Origin: a virus
Lineage: Duplodnaviria; Caudoviricetes
Strand: one strand, 5' to 3'
Length of the DNA: 64,000 nucleotides
IMG/VR virus record: IMGVR_UViG_3300005805_003857
Location: 1-64,000 of that record
Shown: one piece after another, positions 36,600 to 45,997 of the stretch
Position numbering within the stretch: the stretch's first letter is position 1
Layout: each line of letters opens with the position of its first letter
The notes under the pieces: generated by a model
Databases searched by the model: none
Told to the model about the DNA's origin: nothing
The model's input: the letters and a program-made list of their open reading frames with translations, nothing else
Translations under genes and position numbers: made by a program

Positions 36600-36830
36600 A
36601 TGACACTACCAGACGAACGCTACCGCGCCATTAAGCAAGGTAAAAAATTGTTGGAGGAACTATGCGACCCAGGTCGTACACCCAGAGTGCCTAGCATCAT
36701 TAGAGATAGAGCTAGAGGCGCACTAAGACATTTCCCTCAAGATTGGGAAATCGATTCAATGGCAGAAAAATGTCCAGACATGCTAGACAAGCAACCATTT
36801 AGCGTGTATACTAATGGTATGCACAAATAA
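36600..36830 (+). CDS. Hypothetical protein
   Basis: AGGA SD; MTLPDERYRA...LRHFP. Confidence 0.7.
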   Translation: MTLPDERYRAIKQGKKLLEELCDPGRTPRVPSIIRDRARGALRHFPQDWEIDSMAEKCPDMLDKQPFSVYTNGMHK

Positions 36831-36843
36831 CAAGGAGAATAAC

Positions 36844-37038
36844 ATGGCAAAAAAACTAAACAAACTATCAAAAGTAAATGAATCATTTACAATCAATCGT
36901 TATGATAACGGCTACATGATTGAAGTCAGTGGAAGAGACAAAGAGAATGATTGGAAAAACTGCAAAGTTATGTGTGCTACTGAAGCAGAACTTTTTGAAG
37001 TAATCAAAGAAGCACTCAGCATGGAAGTGGATAATTAA
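36844..37038 (+). CDS. Hypothetical protein
   Basis: AAGGAG SD. Confidence 0.7.
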   Translation: MAKKLNKLSKVNESFTINRYDNGYMIEVSGRDKENDWKNCKVMCATEAELFEVIKEALSMEVDN

Positions 37039-37039
37039 A

Positions 37040-38095
37040 ATGGGAAAACCCTTTGACATTAGTAAATTCCGCAAGGACATTACAAAAAGTATTGAAGGTC
37101 TATCAATAGGATTTAACGATCCAACTGATTGGATCTCAACAGGTAATTTCGCCCTCAATTATCTTATATCCGGTGATTTTAATAAAGGCGTACCTCTTGG
37201 TAAAGTTACTGTCTTTGCCGGAGAATCAGGAGCAGGAAAAAGTTTCATCTGCTCAGGAAACCTTGTTAGACACGCACAACAACAAGGAATCTTTGTAGTC
37301 TTAGTTGACTCAGAGAATGCCCTTGACGAAGCATGGCTACACGCACTTGGTGTATCAACTGACGACAGTAAGTTACTTAAACTTAATATGGCTATGATTG
37401 ACGAAGTAGGAAAAACTATTTCTATGTTCGTTAAGGATTACAAAGCACTACCAGAACAAGACAGACCAAAAGTATTGTTTGTTGTTGATAGTTTAGGTAT
37501 GTTATTAACACCAACTGATGTTAATCAGTTTGAAGCAGGTGATATGAAAGGTGACATGGGTCGTAAGCCTAAAGCACTGACAGCACTTGTTCGTAACTGT
37601 GTTAACATGTTTGGTTCACTTGGCATCGGTCTAGTCGCTACTAATCACACATATGCTAGTCAAGATATGTTTGATCCAGATGACAAAATCTCAGGTGGTC
37701 AAGGTTTCGTTTATGCAAGCTCTATTGTAGTTGCTATGAAGAAATTGAAACTTAAGGAAGATGAAGATGGTAATAAGATTAGTGAAGTGCGAGGTATTCG
37801 TGCGGCATGTAAGATTATGAAAACTCGTTATGCAAAACCATTTGAATCAGTTCAAGTTAAGATTCCATATGACCAAGGAATGAGCCCATTCTCAGGTCTT
37901 ACTGATTTGATTGAAGGCAAAGGTCTTTTGTCTAAAGAAGGTAATAGTCTTGTGTATACAACTAAAGAAGGTGAAATCATCAAAAAGTTCAGAAAAGGTT
38001 GGGAACGAAATGACGATAATTGTCTAGATGTTGTAATGAAAGAAATGATGGTGCCCGCGATCAATGCGACCACGGAACAGCCCACAGAAAAATAA
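37040..38095 (+). CDS. uvsX: RecA/UvsX-like recombinase
   Basis: AGESGAGKS, DSENA, VVDSLG, NHTY, ISGGQG. Confidence 0.93.
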   Translation: MGKPFDISKFRKDITKSIEGLSIGFNDPTDWISTGNFALNYLISGDFNKGVPLGKVTVFAGESGAGKSFICSGNLVRHAQQQGIFVVLVDSENALDEAWLHALGVSTDDSKLLKLNMAMIDEVGKTISMFVKDYKALPEQDRPKVLFVVDSLGMLLTPTDVNQFEAGDMKGDMGRKPKALTALVRNCVNMFGSLGIGLVATNHTYASQDMFDPDDKISGGQGFVYASSIVVAMKKLKLKEDEDGNKISEVRGIRAACKIMKTRYAKPFESVQVKIPYDQGMSPFSGLTDLIEGKGLLSKEGNSLVYTTKEGEIIKKFRKGWERNDDNCLDVVMKEMMVPAINATTEQPTEK

Positions 38096-38131
38096 CTATA
38101 CGGATTCATAGCAGTTGGCATAAATAATATT

Positions 38132-38890
38132 ATGGAGACTGTTATGTATTACATATACGCAATGATAGATATTAGAACTAACCTTCCTTTTTATATAGGA
38201 AAAGGAAAGATTAAAAATCAGAGACATTTGGATCACTTCAAAGAAACATTAGAAACAACTGATAATCGTCATAAATTTTTTAAGATTCAATCTTTAAAAG
38301 AGCAAGGCTATGAAATTCCCGTTTCAATTTTAGCTGACAATATTATTAACGAAAATGATGCGTATTCTACTGAGGCAGATTATATTAAACAATACGGCCG
38401 CAAAAATATTGATGAAGGTGGAATTTTAACGAACATTTGTTCAGATAATAGACCACCTAATCATAAAGGAAAAAAACAAACTTTAGAACATACTACTAAG
38501 CGAGTCAATAGTTATGTAGATACATGCAAGAGAGTTGGCCGTAAACCTCACAGCGAAGCAACAAAAAAGAAAATAGCAAGACCCGGAAAGTCAAATCCAT
38601 TTTACGGTAAACGTCATACTACCGAAAATAAACAAAAACATTCAGCGAGGATGGCAGGAAACAAGAATAACATAAAAACTTATAGGTTTGTTTCGCCAAA
38701 TGATGTTGAATATATGGTTGAAGGCTTTTATAATTTTTGTAATCTGAACAATTTAACTATACCTACAATGGAGAAAATTTTGAGAAATAAAAAAATACCT
38801 ACACGAGGCTCGTGTCAAGGATGGTTTGTAGAAAAAACTAAATCAACGATAAGTACTGTATCTAACATAGGAGAGGATGATACAGTATGA
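38132..38890 (+). CDS. GIY-YIG homing endonuclease with NUMOD3-like repeats
   Basis: YYIYAMID...PFYIGKG...RH..H; HSEATKKKI, NPFYGKRHT. Confidence 0.88.
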   Translation: METVMYYIYAMIDIRTNLPFYIGKGKIKNQRHLDHFKETLETTDNRHKFFKIQSLKEQGYEIPVSILADNIINENDAYSTEADYIKQYGRKNIDEGGILTNICSDNRPPNHKGKKQTLEHTTKRVNSYVDTCKRVGRKPHSEATKKKIARPGKSNPFYGKRHTTENKQKHSARMAGNKNNIKTYRFVSPNDVEYMVEGFYNFCNLNNLTIPTMEKILRNKKIPTRGSCQGWFVEKTKSTISTVSNIGEDDTV

Positions 38891-39138
38891 GTTTAGATTT
38901 TGTTGCAGAAGTATGGGACGCATTGCGTTCTCATATTGATTTCAATGACCGCACTGACGCGGCCGATTCACTAGTCAATCTACTGATTGATAACAATTAC
39001 GAAGCTGAAGATATCAAAGATGCCTTTAAGGGCGATAAAGAAATGCTAACTGCTCTTAAAGAGAATTTGGCACATCAAGATACTGAGGAATCGTATGAAG
39101 ATTATGAAGAAGATGACCAAGACGAAGACTGGGATTAA
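38887..39138 (+). CDS. Hypothetical acidic protein
   Basis: ATGA-coupled; acidic C-terminus. Confidence 0.75.
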   Translation: MSLDFVAEVWDALRSHIDFNDRTDAADSLVNLLIDNNYEAEDIKDAFKGDKEMLTALKENLAHQDTEESYEDYEEDDQDEDWD

Positions 39139-39597
39139 ATGAATTGGTATACACGCATCACCCAAAATCTTGGTGTGATACCCGATTTCATAACTCACTA
39201 TGAAGCCGAATTAATTTCGGCTAAACACGAAGTCAAGATATACGGGAATGTTGAAAAGAATATTGCCGCTATTCCCGGCGTAACTGAGCATCGTTTCAAT
39301 CAACTACAAGAGATTGAAGCGGTGCTTAATTATCTCAACATCCAATTACGGAAAATTCGCCGAAAACATTTTCAAAAATATTTAGAAGCGTATAATAGAG
39401 CATTGACAAGTCGTGATGCTGAAAAGTATGCTGAAGGTGAAGATGAAGTAATTGATATGGAAGTATTGATTAATGAAATTGCACTATTACGCAATAGATG
39501 GCTTGGCATAATGAAGGCATTGGAATCAAAAAATTTCATGCTAGGACATATCGTGCGATTACGCACAAGTGGAATGGAAGATATTACAATTGGCTAA
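39139..39597 (+). CDS. uvsY: UvsY-like recombination mediator
   Basis: Helical ~150 aa protein near uvsX; YLEAYNRAL..RDAEKY...KALESKNFML. Confidence 0.65.
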   Translation: MNWYTRITQNLGVIPDFITHYEAELISAKHEVKIYGNVEKNIAAIPGVTEHRFNQLQEIEAVLNYLNIQLRKIRRKHFQKYLEAYNRALTSRDAEKYAEGEDEVIDMEVLINEIALLRNRWLGIMKALESKNFMLGHIVRLRTSGMEDITIG

Positions 39598-40417
39598 TTA
39601 CAACACAAACAAACAAGTTGCAAAAATGATTTATAACGGTTCACTCACATCTAATCAATGGTTACACCCTCCTACTATCTCAATAGGTGCTGCCGGATCA
39701 GCTGGATATAGTGCTCCAAGTATCAATCTAGGTAATTTTGAATTCAATTTCAGTGACGATGTTAAAAAATACGAAGTCTATGAAATCAGTCAAGACCTTC
39801 TTGCACTAAGTGTGTGCTGGGCACGATATCGTAAGGCTAGAGATATCTCTGGTCCACAACCTACTATCACTAAGCTATTAGATAGTGAATTGTTTAGGCT
39901 TGTGACCGAAGAGGATATCGCACACGCTAATGTTATCCGTGATTATTATAGTAAGAAAATCATGGTACTGAAACTTAAGAATGAAGGCTTTACTGCTTTC
40001 CGTGAGGATTTGAACACATTCATTCATAGTGAAGGTAAGACATTTAAAGAAAGTATGCTACCATTGGCATATCGTCTTCCTGAGTTTTATGAGTATGATG
40101 TTGAATTTGAAAAAATGGTATTTGAATACAACAGAGAAGTCAAACGAAATGATGATCCGCATGTAGTAACTGTAAAACAATTGAAGTTTGTTAAAAAATT
40201 GTCAGTTAATAATAAGCGTCAGAAACGTAAAGAATATTGGTTCAGTGATAGACATAATAATCTTGTTAATATTAATATAGATAATAGTAATCCATTATTG
40301 TCATTAATGGACATGACAGTTAATAAAAATGATATTACTATTAAAGGTAATTTTAGAAAAAGTTCCCGCGATGGAGCAGAATACCTAAAGGTTAGTAATA
40401 AGTTCTCATTTGTTTGA
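39569..40417 (+). CDS. Hypothetical protein (start uncertain: 39590 or 39626)
   Basis: ORF. Confidence 0.7.
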   Translation: MEWKILQLANYNTNKQVAKMIYNGSLTSNQWLHPPTISIGAAGSAGYSAPSINLGNFEFNFSDDVKKYEVYEISQDLLALSVCWARYRKARDISGPQPTITKLLDSELFRLVTEEDIAHANVIRDYYSKKIMVLKLKNEGFTAFREDLNTFIHSEGKTFKESMLPLAYRLPEFYEYDVEFEKMVFEYNREVKRNDDPHVVTVKQLKFVKKLSVNNKRQKRKEYWFSDRHNNLVNINIDNSNPLLSLMDMTVNKNDITIKGNFRKSSRDGAEYLKVSNKFSFV

Positions 40418-40429
40418 TTGATCCAAAAT

Positions 40430-40458
40430 TTGACAATAAATGGATTTGGCTATACAAT
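40430..40458 (+). promoter_or_regulatory. Early promoter, TTGACAATAAAT family
   Basis: TTGACA-17-TACAAT. Confidence 0.85.
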
Positions 40459-40488
40459 AGAGTCTTATTCAGTCAAAAGGAGTTGTTC

Positions 40489-40701
40489 ATGGGTTACAAA
40501 GTTGTTGCAGACAAGTTTCAGATGGATGATATGCGTACCAAATATGGTCCTCGTCAGGGTCTAGAGGGCCCGTTCAATTTCTCTGGACGAGTGTTGTATT
40601 ATGACAACAAAGAGGGTCAATACTATGATCCTAGGTCTGACTTTTATGTAGAGCAGGATGAAATGAATCAAATTCATGCAAATTTGATAGCCAAAATTTG
40701 A
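40489..40701 (+). CDS. Hypothetical early protein
   Basis: AAGGAG SD; GLEGPF...LYYD...GQYYDP. Confidence 0.75.
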   Translation: MGYKVVADKFQMDDMRTKYGPRQGLEGPFNFSGRVLYYDNKEGQYYDPRSDFYVEQDEMNQIHANLIAKI

Positions 40702-40726
40702 CAATAAATGGGCTTTCTGCTATAAT
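40698..40726 (+). promoter_or_regulatory. Early promoter, TTGACAATAAAT family
   Basis: TTGACA-17-TATAAT; surrounding ~70 bp nearly identical to 15362-15438. Confidence 0.9.
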
Positions 40727-40759
40727 AGAATCTTAGACAGTTAAATAAAGGACTCGAAA

Positions 40760-40984
40760 ATGACCAAGCAATTCGTTCAAGTTAGCGCACAAAAAGACAG
40801 CAACAACTTTGCTCACTGTAGCAACCTGAGCCTCATGGCAAATGAGGGTCTGAATGCTGAACAAGCCCTGCGTAAATTGCTGGACATGGCTGATGAATAC
40901 GCACTGAACGGTTACACAATCGATTGGATCCGTGAAGATTTTGACGCCGCTTACGAAGAAATGTACGGCGATTTGTTTGCCTAA
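40760..40984 (+). CDS. Hypothetical early protein
   Basis: AAGGA SD, own promoter. Confidence 0.75.
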   Translation: MTKQFVQVSAQKDSNNFAHCSNLSLMANEGLNAEQALRKLLDMADEYALNGYTIDWIREDFDAAYEEMYGDLFA

Positions 40985-40986
40985 AT

Positions 40987-41015
40987 TTGACAATAAATGG
41001 GTATTGTGCTATAAT
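40987..41015 (+). promoter_or_regulatory. Early promoter, TTGACAATAAAT family
   Basis: TTGACA-17-TATAAT. Confidence 0.9.
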
Positions 41016-41047
41016 ATATTCTTAGACAGTCAAGTAAAGGAAACAAA

Positions 41048-42052
41048 ATGTCAAGCATCGTTCGTATCACTTCAGGTTCTTATCGCAACGAATCTATCAA
41101 AGGTGAAGTGTTCACACTAGTTAAAGGTTATCAACTTGGAAGTAAAGGTGGTTTTGTGACAGTGAAAAATGAAGGTCAGTTCCCCGGTCGTCCTGATCAA
41201 GTTCGTGTGAATGTTGACAATCAATCCATGATTGAATTTGTGTCAGGTCGTGATGCAGTAAAGGTTGAGACACCTAAGGAAACTGACGAAGAAGCAATGG
41301 ATCGTATTGCTAGCCGTTTTGCAGTACTTGATGAAATGTCCGGCGCATGTATTGCAGGTAACATTCGTGCTATGATTGTTACAGGTCCTGCAGGCATAGG
41401 TAAGAGTCACGGTGTGACTACTCAAATGGAGAAGGCATCTATGTTTGACAAAATCTCAGGTAAGCGTCCTCGCTTCGAGATTGTCAAAGGCGCTATCAGT
41501 GGTATCGGTCTGTTCGCTACATTGTACAAATACAGTGACGCTAAAAACGTTCTGGTGTTTGATGACTGTGACGTTTGGGAAGATCAAGATGCATTGAACG
41601 TACTCAAGGGTGCGTTGGATTCTGGCAAGACCCGTCGCATTTCTTGGAACAAGGATAGCCGTCTGTTGCGTGACGAAGGTGTACCAAACACTTTTAACTT
41701 TAACGGTTCTATCATTTTCATCACCAACAAGACTTTTGACAGTAAGAAGGCTTCTAAGATTCAACCTCACTTGGATGCTCTCCAGTCTCGTTGTCACTTT
41801 CTGGACTTGACTGTTGATAGTGAGCGTGACAAGATGCTCCGCATCAAGCAAGTTCACCGCGATGCCGATGGTGGTCTGTTCAAAGACTATGATTTTACTC
41901 AGGAACAAACTGACGAAATTATGTCGTTCATTGAGACCAATCACAGCAAATTGCGTGAAGTGTCCTTGCGTATGTGTCTCAAGATTGCAGATTTGGTTAA
42001 GATTTCCGCTAACTGGCGTGAACTGGCTAAGGCAACTTGCATTAAAGGTTAA
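41048..42052 (+). CDS. AAA+ ATPase with small N-terminal domain
   Basis: GPAGIGKS, LVFDDCD, FITN, ALQSRC. Confidence 0.85.
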   Translation: MSSIVRITSGSYRNESIKGEVFTLVKGYQLGSKGGFVTVKNEGQFPGRPDQVRVNVDNQSMIEFVSGRDAVKVETPKETDEEAMDRIASRFAVLDEMSGACIAGNIRAMIVTGPAGIGKSHGVTTQMEKASMFDKISGKRPRFEIVKGAISGIGLFATLYKYSDAKNVLVFDDCDVWEDQDALNVLKGALDSGKTRRISWNKDSRLLRDEGVPNTFNFNGSIIFITNKTFDSKKASKIQPHLDALQSRCHFLDLTVDSERDKMLRIKQVHRDADGGLFKDYDFTQEQTDEIMSFIETNHSKLREVSLRMCLKIADLVKISANWRELAKATCIKG

Positions 42053-42106
42053 CCCCTGCAGTGTGCGTAACGGCAATGTCAATAAGTCCGTTTCGATAAG
42101 GAAGAT

Positions 42107-42352
42107 ATGACAAACCCAACAGACTTGATTGACCGTGAACTTAATATTGATGACTTTGTGGTGTTTCACAACAACATCTACCGAGTTAAATCATTTGGCA
42201 AAGTACATCCAAGTAGCGGTAAAGGTTCTGTAAGAATCATGTTGGTAAATCCTAGTCCAACAACTCGTCCTGTCATGAAATACAGCGGTGATTTATGTAA
42301 GCTAGACAATGGTGAAGTGTTGTTCTGGATGTTAAGGAAAGATTACAAATGA
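42107..42352 (+). CDS. Hypothetical protein
   Basis: AAGGA SD; DLIDRELNIDDFV. Confidence 0.7.
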   Translation: MTNPTDLIDRELNIDDFVVFHNNIYRVKSFGKVHPSSGKGSVRIMLVNPSPTTRPVMKYSGDLCKLDNGEVLFWMLRKDYK

Positions 42353-42699
42353 AAGTTAAAACAGGTTTCTATTTCATTGGTTGGTTGATGAAAAGATTTT
42401 TCAAAACAGTATTCAGTCTCCCAATGAGCCTACATAGAAAATATATGGAGACGTACCAAGATAATCGTTGGATAGGATTTTTCGCCTGGATTATTACATC
42501 ATCTATCGGAATTTTTATTGCAGGTGTGATCGGGGCAGTTATTGGTGATACAGATGCAGAGAGCATAAGTAATTTTATTATGATATGTTTTATCGGATGG
42601 GGTGTAGCAGTAATTTATTTTATCACATGCGTAATCCTAGATCAGTATGAAAAATTTGAGAATGAACGAATGGCAACTTGGCATACGTTAAAAGACTAA
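42349..42699 (+). CDS. Membrane protein (two predicted TM segments)
   Basis: Hydrophobic stretches; ATGA-coupled. Confidence 0.7.
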   Translation: MKVKTGFYFIGWLMKRFFKTVFSLPMSLHRKYMETYQDNRWIGFFAWIITSSIGIFIAGVIGAVIGDTDAESISNFIMICFIGWGVAVIYFITCVILDQYEKFENERMATWHTLKD

Positions 42700-42707
42700 C
42701 AAAAATT

Positions 42708-42734
42708 AGTAGTACTTTAGTACTACTTTTTTTT
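42708..42734 (+). terminator. Intrinsic terminator
   Basis: AGTAGTAC-ttta-GTACTACT plus T7. Confidence 0.75.
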
Positions 42735-42736
42735 GG

Positions 42737-42765
42737 TTGACAATAAATCGGTTTGGATATATAAT
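42737..42765 (+). promoter_or_regulatory. Early promoter, TTGACAATAAAT family
   Basis: TTGACA-17-TATAAT. Confidence 0.85.
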
Positions 42766-42797
42766 ACATGTATTGAATCAGAAAACGGAGTTGACAA

Positions 42798-43022
42798 ATG
42801 AACGAACGAATTAACGAACTTGTGTTAACGGCACGGCAACAAGCAACTTCCGATACAAAAGACGGTAGCAAACAGTTTGATCTAGACTTGTTTCATAAAA
42901 AGTTCGCCGAGTTGATTGTGCGGGAATGCATGTGGCAAGTGGTAAAAGACAATCAAGTGCCGCAAGACATTCAAGTCTTGATTGGTGGACGGTTTAAAGA
43001 ACATTTTGGAGTCCAAGAATGA
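42798..43022 (+). CDS. Hypothetical protein
   Basis: GGAG SD; MNERI..L...KFAELIVREC motif common in phage small proteins. Confidence 0.75.
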   Translation: MNERINELVLTARQQATSDTKDGSKQFDLDLFHKKFAELIVRECMWQVVKDNQVPQDIQVLIGGRFKEHFGVQE

Positions 43023-43264
43023 AAACAGTATATTTGGTTTGTAGCACAGTTGATCTTGGTTACCATGCCGAGTATGGTTACACATCAATTGAAAAGGCAG
43101 AAGCTAAGATGGCCGAATTGATTGCTATGGCTAAAGAACGATACATTAAGTCAGCTATGACGCCAACACCTTATAACCTATTTCCTGTATACGAAAAGGT
43201 TGTCCAAAACGCTGATCGTTATCATGAGAAATATGAAATTGCCTCTGTGGAGATTGAAGAATGA
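43019..43264 (+). CDS. Hypothetical protein
   Basis: ATGA-coupled. Confidence 0.7.
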   Translation: MKTVYLVCSTVDLGYHAEYGYTSIEKAEAKMAELIAMAKERYIKSAMTPTPYNLFPVYEKVVQNADRYHEKYEIASVEIEE

Positions 43265-43416
43265 ACCTACGTGAAATGATGACTGAGCGAGTCCTGTTTG
43301 CCGTTGGTGAAGATGCCCTGGCTACAGAGTTCAACATTAGCCCGGACGAGATTGCCACACTGAGTGATCTGGATTTCCTAGAACTGTTTGAACAAGTCAC
43401 TGGATTTAATGGTTGA
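43261..43416 (+). CDS. Small acidic protein (51 aa), not in ORF track
   Basis: MNLREMMTERVLFAVGEDALATEFNISPDEIATLSDLDFLELFEQVTGFNG; ATGA-coupled, ends before the terminator. Confidence 0.65.
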   Translation: MNLREMMTERVLFAVGEDALATEFNISPDEIATLSDLDFLELFEQVTGFNG

Positions 43417-43432
43417 CTTAATTACACAATTT

Positions 43433-43458
43433 AAAGGGGACTCAGGTCCCCTTTTTTT
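43433..43458 (+). terminator. Intrinsic terminator
   Basis: AAAGGGGAC-tcag-GTCCCCTTT plus T run. Confidence 0.85.
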
Positions 43459-43468
43459 GCCTATAAAT

Positions 43469-43497
43469 TTGCATTTTGTGTAGTGTCCTGTTATACT
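43469..43497 (+). promoter_or_regulatory. Sigma70-type promoter (leaderless geometry)
   Basis: TTGCAT-17-TATACT, ATG 6 nt downstream. Confidence 0.7.
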
Positions 43498-43503
43498 TAG
43501 TAG

Positions 43504-44511
43504 ATGGATTTCAAAACACTTAATGAGCTTGCAACATGGATGCTTAGTAATATTAGACTGAGCAGATATGATGACCAATTCGTAAACAATCTTACCCTTT
43601 ACATCACACAACATAATCGGATCACTAGTAATCAGGACCTTTTGTTCAGAAAGGTAGCAGGTAAATATAAACGACAATTCTCTCAATTAAAAATTGAAGT
43701 AGACGAAGTACTGACTCGGTCTTGGGATGTTAACATAGTAGAAAGCATCCCTGAATATACAGGAGCGTCAATCAAAATAGAGAATGACAAACTGATTCTA
43801 CAATCTCCTTTTAATAAAAACTTTTTAACAGCACTTAAAAAGAACCCTATCTATTCATTACAGTGGATCAAAGATAGACGACAATATGAAGGTGAATATA
43901 GTCATACTAATTTAAAAGAATTGATGTACTTGACAGCAGACCACTATTCTATATTGAACTATTGCGAAAAGGTTACACAAATTATTGAGAGACTTAGCGT
44001 ATATGAGAATGTTAAATACTGGGTGCCCACTTTAGTCTATAAGGGACATTACTACATTGCCGCATTGAATGAACATTTGTATGAAGCAATTAAGGACATT
44101 GAAATAACAGACGATTTAAAAACAATAGCAACATTAGTTAAATATGGTATTGGTATCGACCAATCGGTCACAGATCATTTACTAGAGACAGAAATCCCTG
44201 CTAAGGTAAGACTTGCTATAAATTTTCAAGTTGAAATAGAATTGAGGGATACTCAATTAGCAATAGAATGGTTAGAAGAATTTGGATGTGATGCAATTTG
44301 TGAACCTAAAGCGTTTTTAACTAATTCTAAATTAGATATACACAATACAAGTATCAATGTTTGCAAGAATCCTAAAGACTTGAAAAACTATGAGAATAGT
44401 GTTATAGTGTATCAACGTGGTAATTTTTCATTAGTTAATGAAACGCCAATGAAGTTATTTAAAATAATAAAATTTGTAAACTTGGAACCAATAGATTTAG
44501 GACCTAAATGA
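43504..44511 (+). CDS. Hypothetical protein upstream of helicase
   Basis: ORF, 335 aa. Confidence 0.75.
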   Translation: MDFKTLNELATWMLSNIRLSRYDDQFVNNLTLYITQHNRITSNQDLLFRKVAGKYKRQFSQLKIEVDEVLTRSWDVNIVESIPEYTGASIKIENDKLILQSPFNKNFLTALKKNPIYSLQWIKDRRQYEGEYSHTNLKELMYLTADHYSILNYCEKVTQIIERLSVYENVKYWVPTLVYKGHYYIAALNEHLYEAIKDIEITDDLKTIATLVKYGIGIDQSVTDHLLETEIPAKVRLAINFQVEIELRDTQLAIEWLEEFGCDAICEPKAFLTNSKLDIHNTSINVCKNPKDLKNYENSVIVYQRGNFSLVNETPMKLFKIIKFVNLEPIDLGPK

Positions 44512-45986
44512 AAGAATGTAAAATAGAAATACGAGATGAAGTAAATTGCAAATTAATTGGTCTTGAGCTTGGAGATCGCAAGACATTGATGAAGATGTTT
44601 GAGTTTGAGGTTCCGGGCGCAAGATATCTTCCTGCAGTAAGGTTAGGTAGATGGAATGGTAAGAGTAGTTTCTTTGCACTAGGTGGTAGTACATATATCA
44701 ACTTACTACCAGAGATATTGCCATTACTAGATCAGGCTGGTTATGATATTGAACTAGATGATACTAGAGATTATCAAACAACATTCACATTTACTGAAGT
44801 GTCCGAGGATACATTCAAGCACAAGAATTGGCCAGTAGGTCATCCAATGGCGGGACAACCTATCATATTGCGTGACTATCAAATTGAGATTATCAATAAC
44901 TATTTGAAGAACCCTCAGTCATTGCAAGAGATTGCTACAGGTGCAGGTAAGACATTAATCACCGCCGCACTATCAAGTTGTGTAGAACAATATGGTCGTA
45001 GTATTGTTATTGTTCCTAACACTAGCCTGGTTACACAAACAGAAAAAGATTACATCAACTTGGGGTTAGATGTAGGTGTCTATTACGGTGGACGTAAAGA
45101 ATACGACAAGACACATACAATTTGTACGTGGCAGAGCCTAGGTAATATGTTAAAAAACACTAAAGCAGGTGAAGCAGAAGTACCATTCCAAGACTTCATT
45201 GAGGGTGTTGTATGTGTTATTGTAGATGAAGTGCATCAAGCAAAAGCTGATGTTCTTAAATCATTATTGTCCGGTGTGATGAGTCGTATACCATTACGAT
45301 GGGGGTTGACTGGAACTATCCCTAAAGCTAAACATGAATCAATGTCATTGACTGTAAGTTTAGGTCCTGTTATTAATCAATTGTCAGCAAGCACACTACA
45401 AGACATGGGTGTGTTATCACAATGTCACGTGAACATTGTTCAATTGCAAGATGGTATGGAGTTTACTAACTATCAAAGCGAACTTAAATTCTTGACCAGT
45501 GATGAAAAACGAATGCAAAAAATTGCTGAGTTATCTAATACAGTTAAGAACAGTGGCAACACATTGATCCTTGTAGATAGGATTGAAGCTGGACAACTAT
45601 TGCATTTGAAACTAGAAGAACTAGGTGTGCCGGAAGAGAATGTAGTGTTCGTATCAGGCGGAACTAAAAGTACAACTAGAACTGAACACTATGATGACAT
45701 TGCTACTGCTACAAACAAGATTATCATTGCTACATATGGTGTTGCGGCAGTTGGAATTAACATTCCCCGTATCTTTAATGTCATGTTACTTGAGCCGGGC
45801 AAGAGTTTTGTAAGAGTGATCCAATCAATAGGTCGTGGTATTCGTAAGGCAGAAGACAAAGATTTTGTACAAATTTGGGATATTACTAGTTCATGCAAAT
45901 TTGCAAAACGACATTTAACACAACGGAAAGCATTCTACAAAGAAGCTAACTACCCGTTTGACGTAGAAAAACTAAAGTATAAGTGA
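44508..45986 (+). CDS. uvsW: Superfamily 2 DNA helicase (UvsW-like)
   Basis: LRDYQ, ATGAGKT, VDEVH, GLTGT, GINIP, QSIGRG. Confidence 0.9.
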   Translation: MKECKIEIRDEVNCKLIGLELGDRKTLMKMFEFEVPGARYLPAVRLGRWNGKSSFFALGGSTYINLLPEILPLLDQAGYDIELDDTRDYQTTFTFTEVSEDTFKHKNWPVGHPMAGQPIILRDYQIEIINNYLKNPQSLQEIATGAGKTLITAALSSCVEQYGRSIVIVPNTSLVTQTEKDYINLGLDVGVYYGGRKEYDKTHTICTWQSLGNMLKNTKAGEAEVPFQDFIEGVVCVIVDEVHQAKADVLKSLLSGVMSRIPLRWGLTGTIPKAKHESMSLTVSLGPVINQLSASTLQDMGVLSQCHVNIVQLQDGMEFTNYQSELKFLTSDEKRMQKIAELSNTVKNSGNTLILVDRIEAGQLLHLKLEELGVPEENVVFVSGGTKSTTRTEHYDDIATATNKIIIATYGVAAVGINIPRIFNVMLLEPGKSFVRVIQSIGRGIRKAEDKDFVQIWDITSSCKFAKRHLTQRKAFYKEANYPFDVEKLKYK

Positions 45987-45997
45987 TATAATACATT

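Noticed and set aside
38040-38890. Group I intron in uvsX carrying the GIY-YIG ORF
   Set aside because: No recognisable P7 (R/S) core sequences; uvsX has its own stop codon
42053-42106. GC-richer intergenic stretch after the AAA gene as an ncRNA
   Set aside because: Only a 4-bp stem is apparent; single copy, no other evidence
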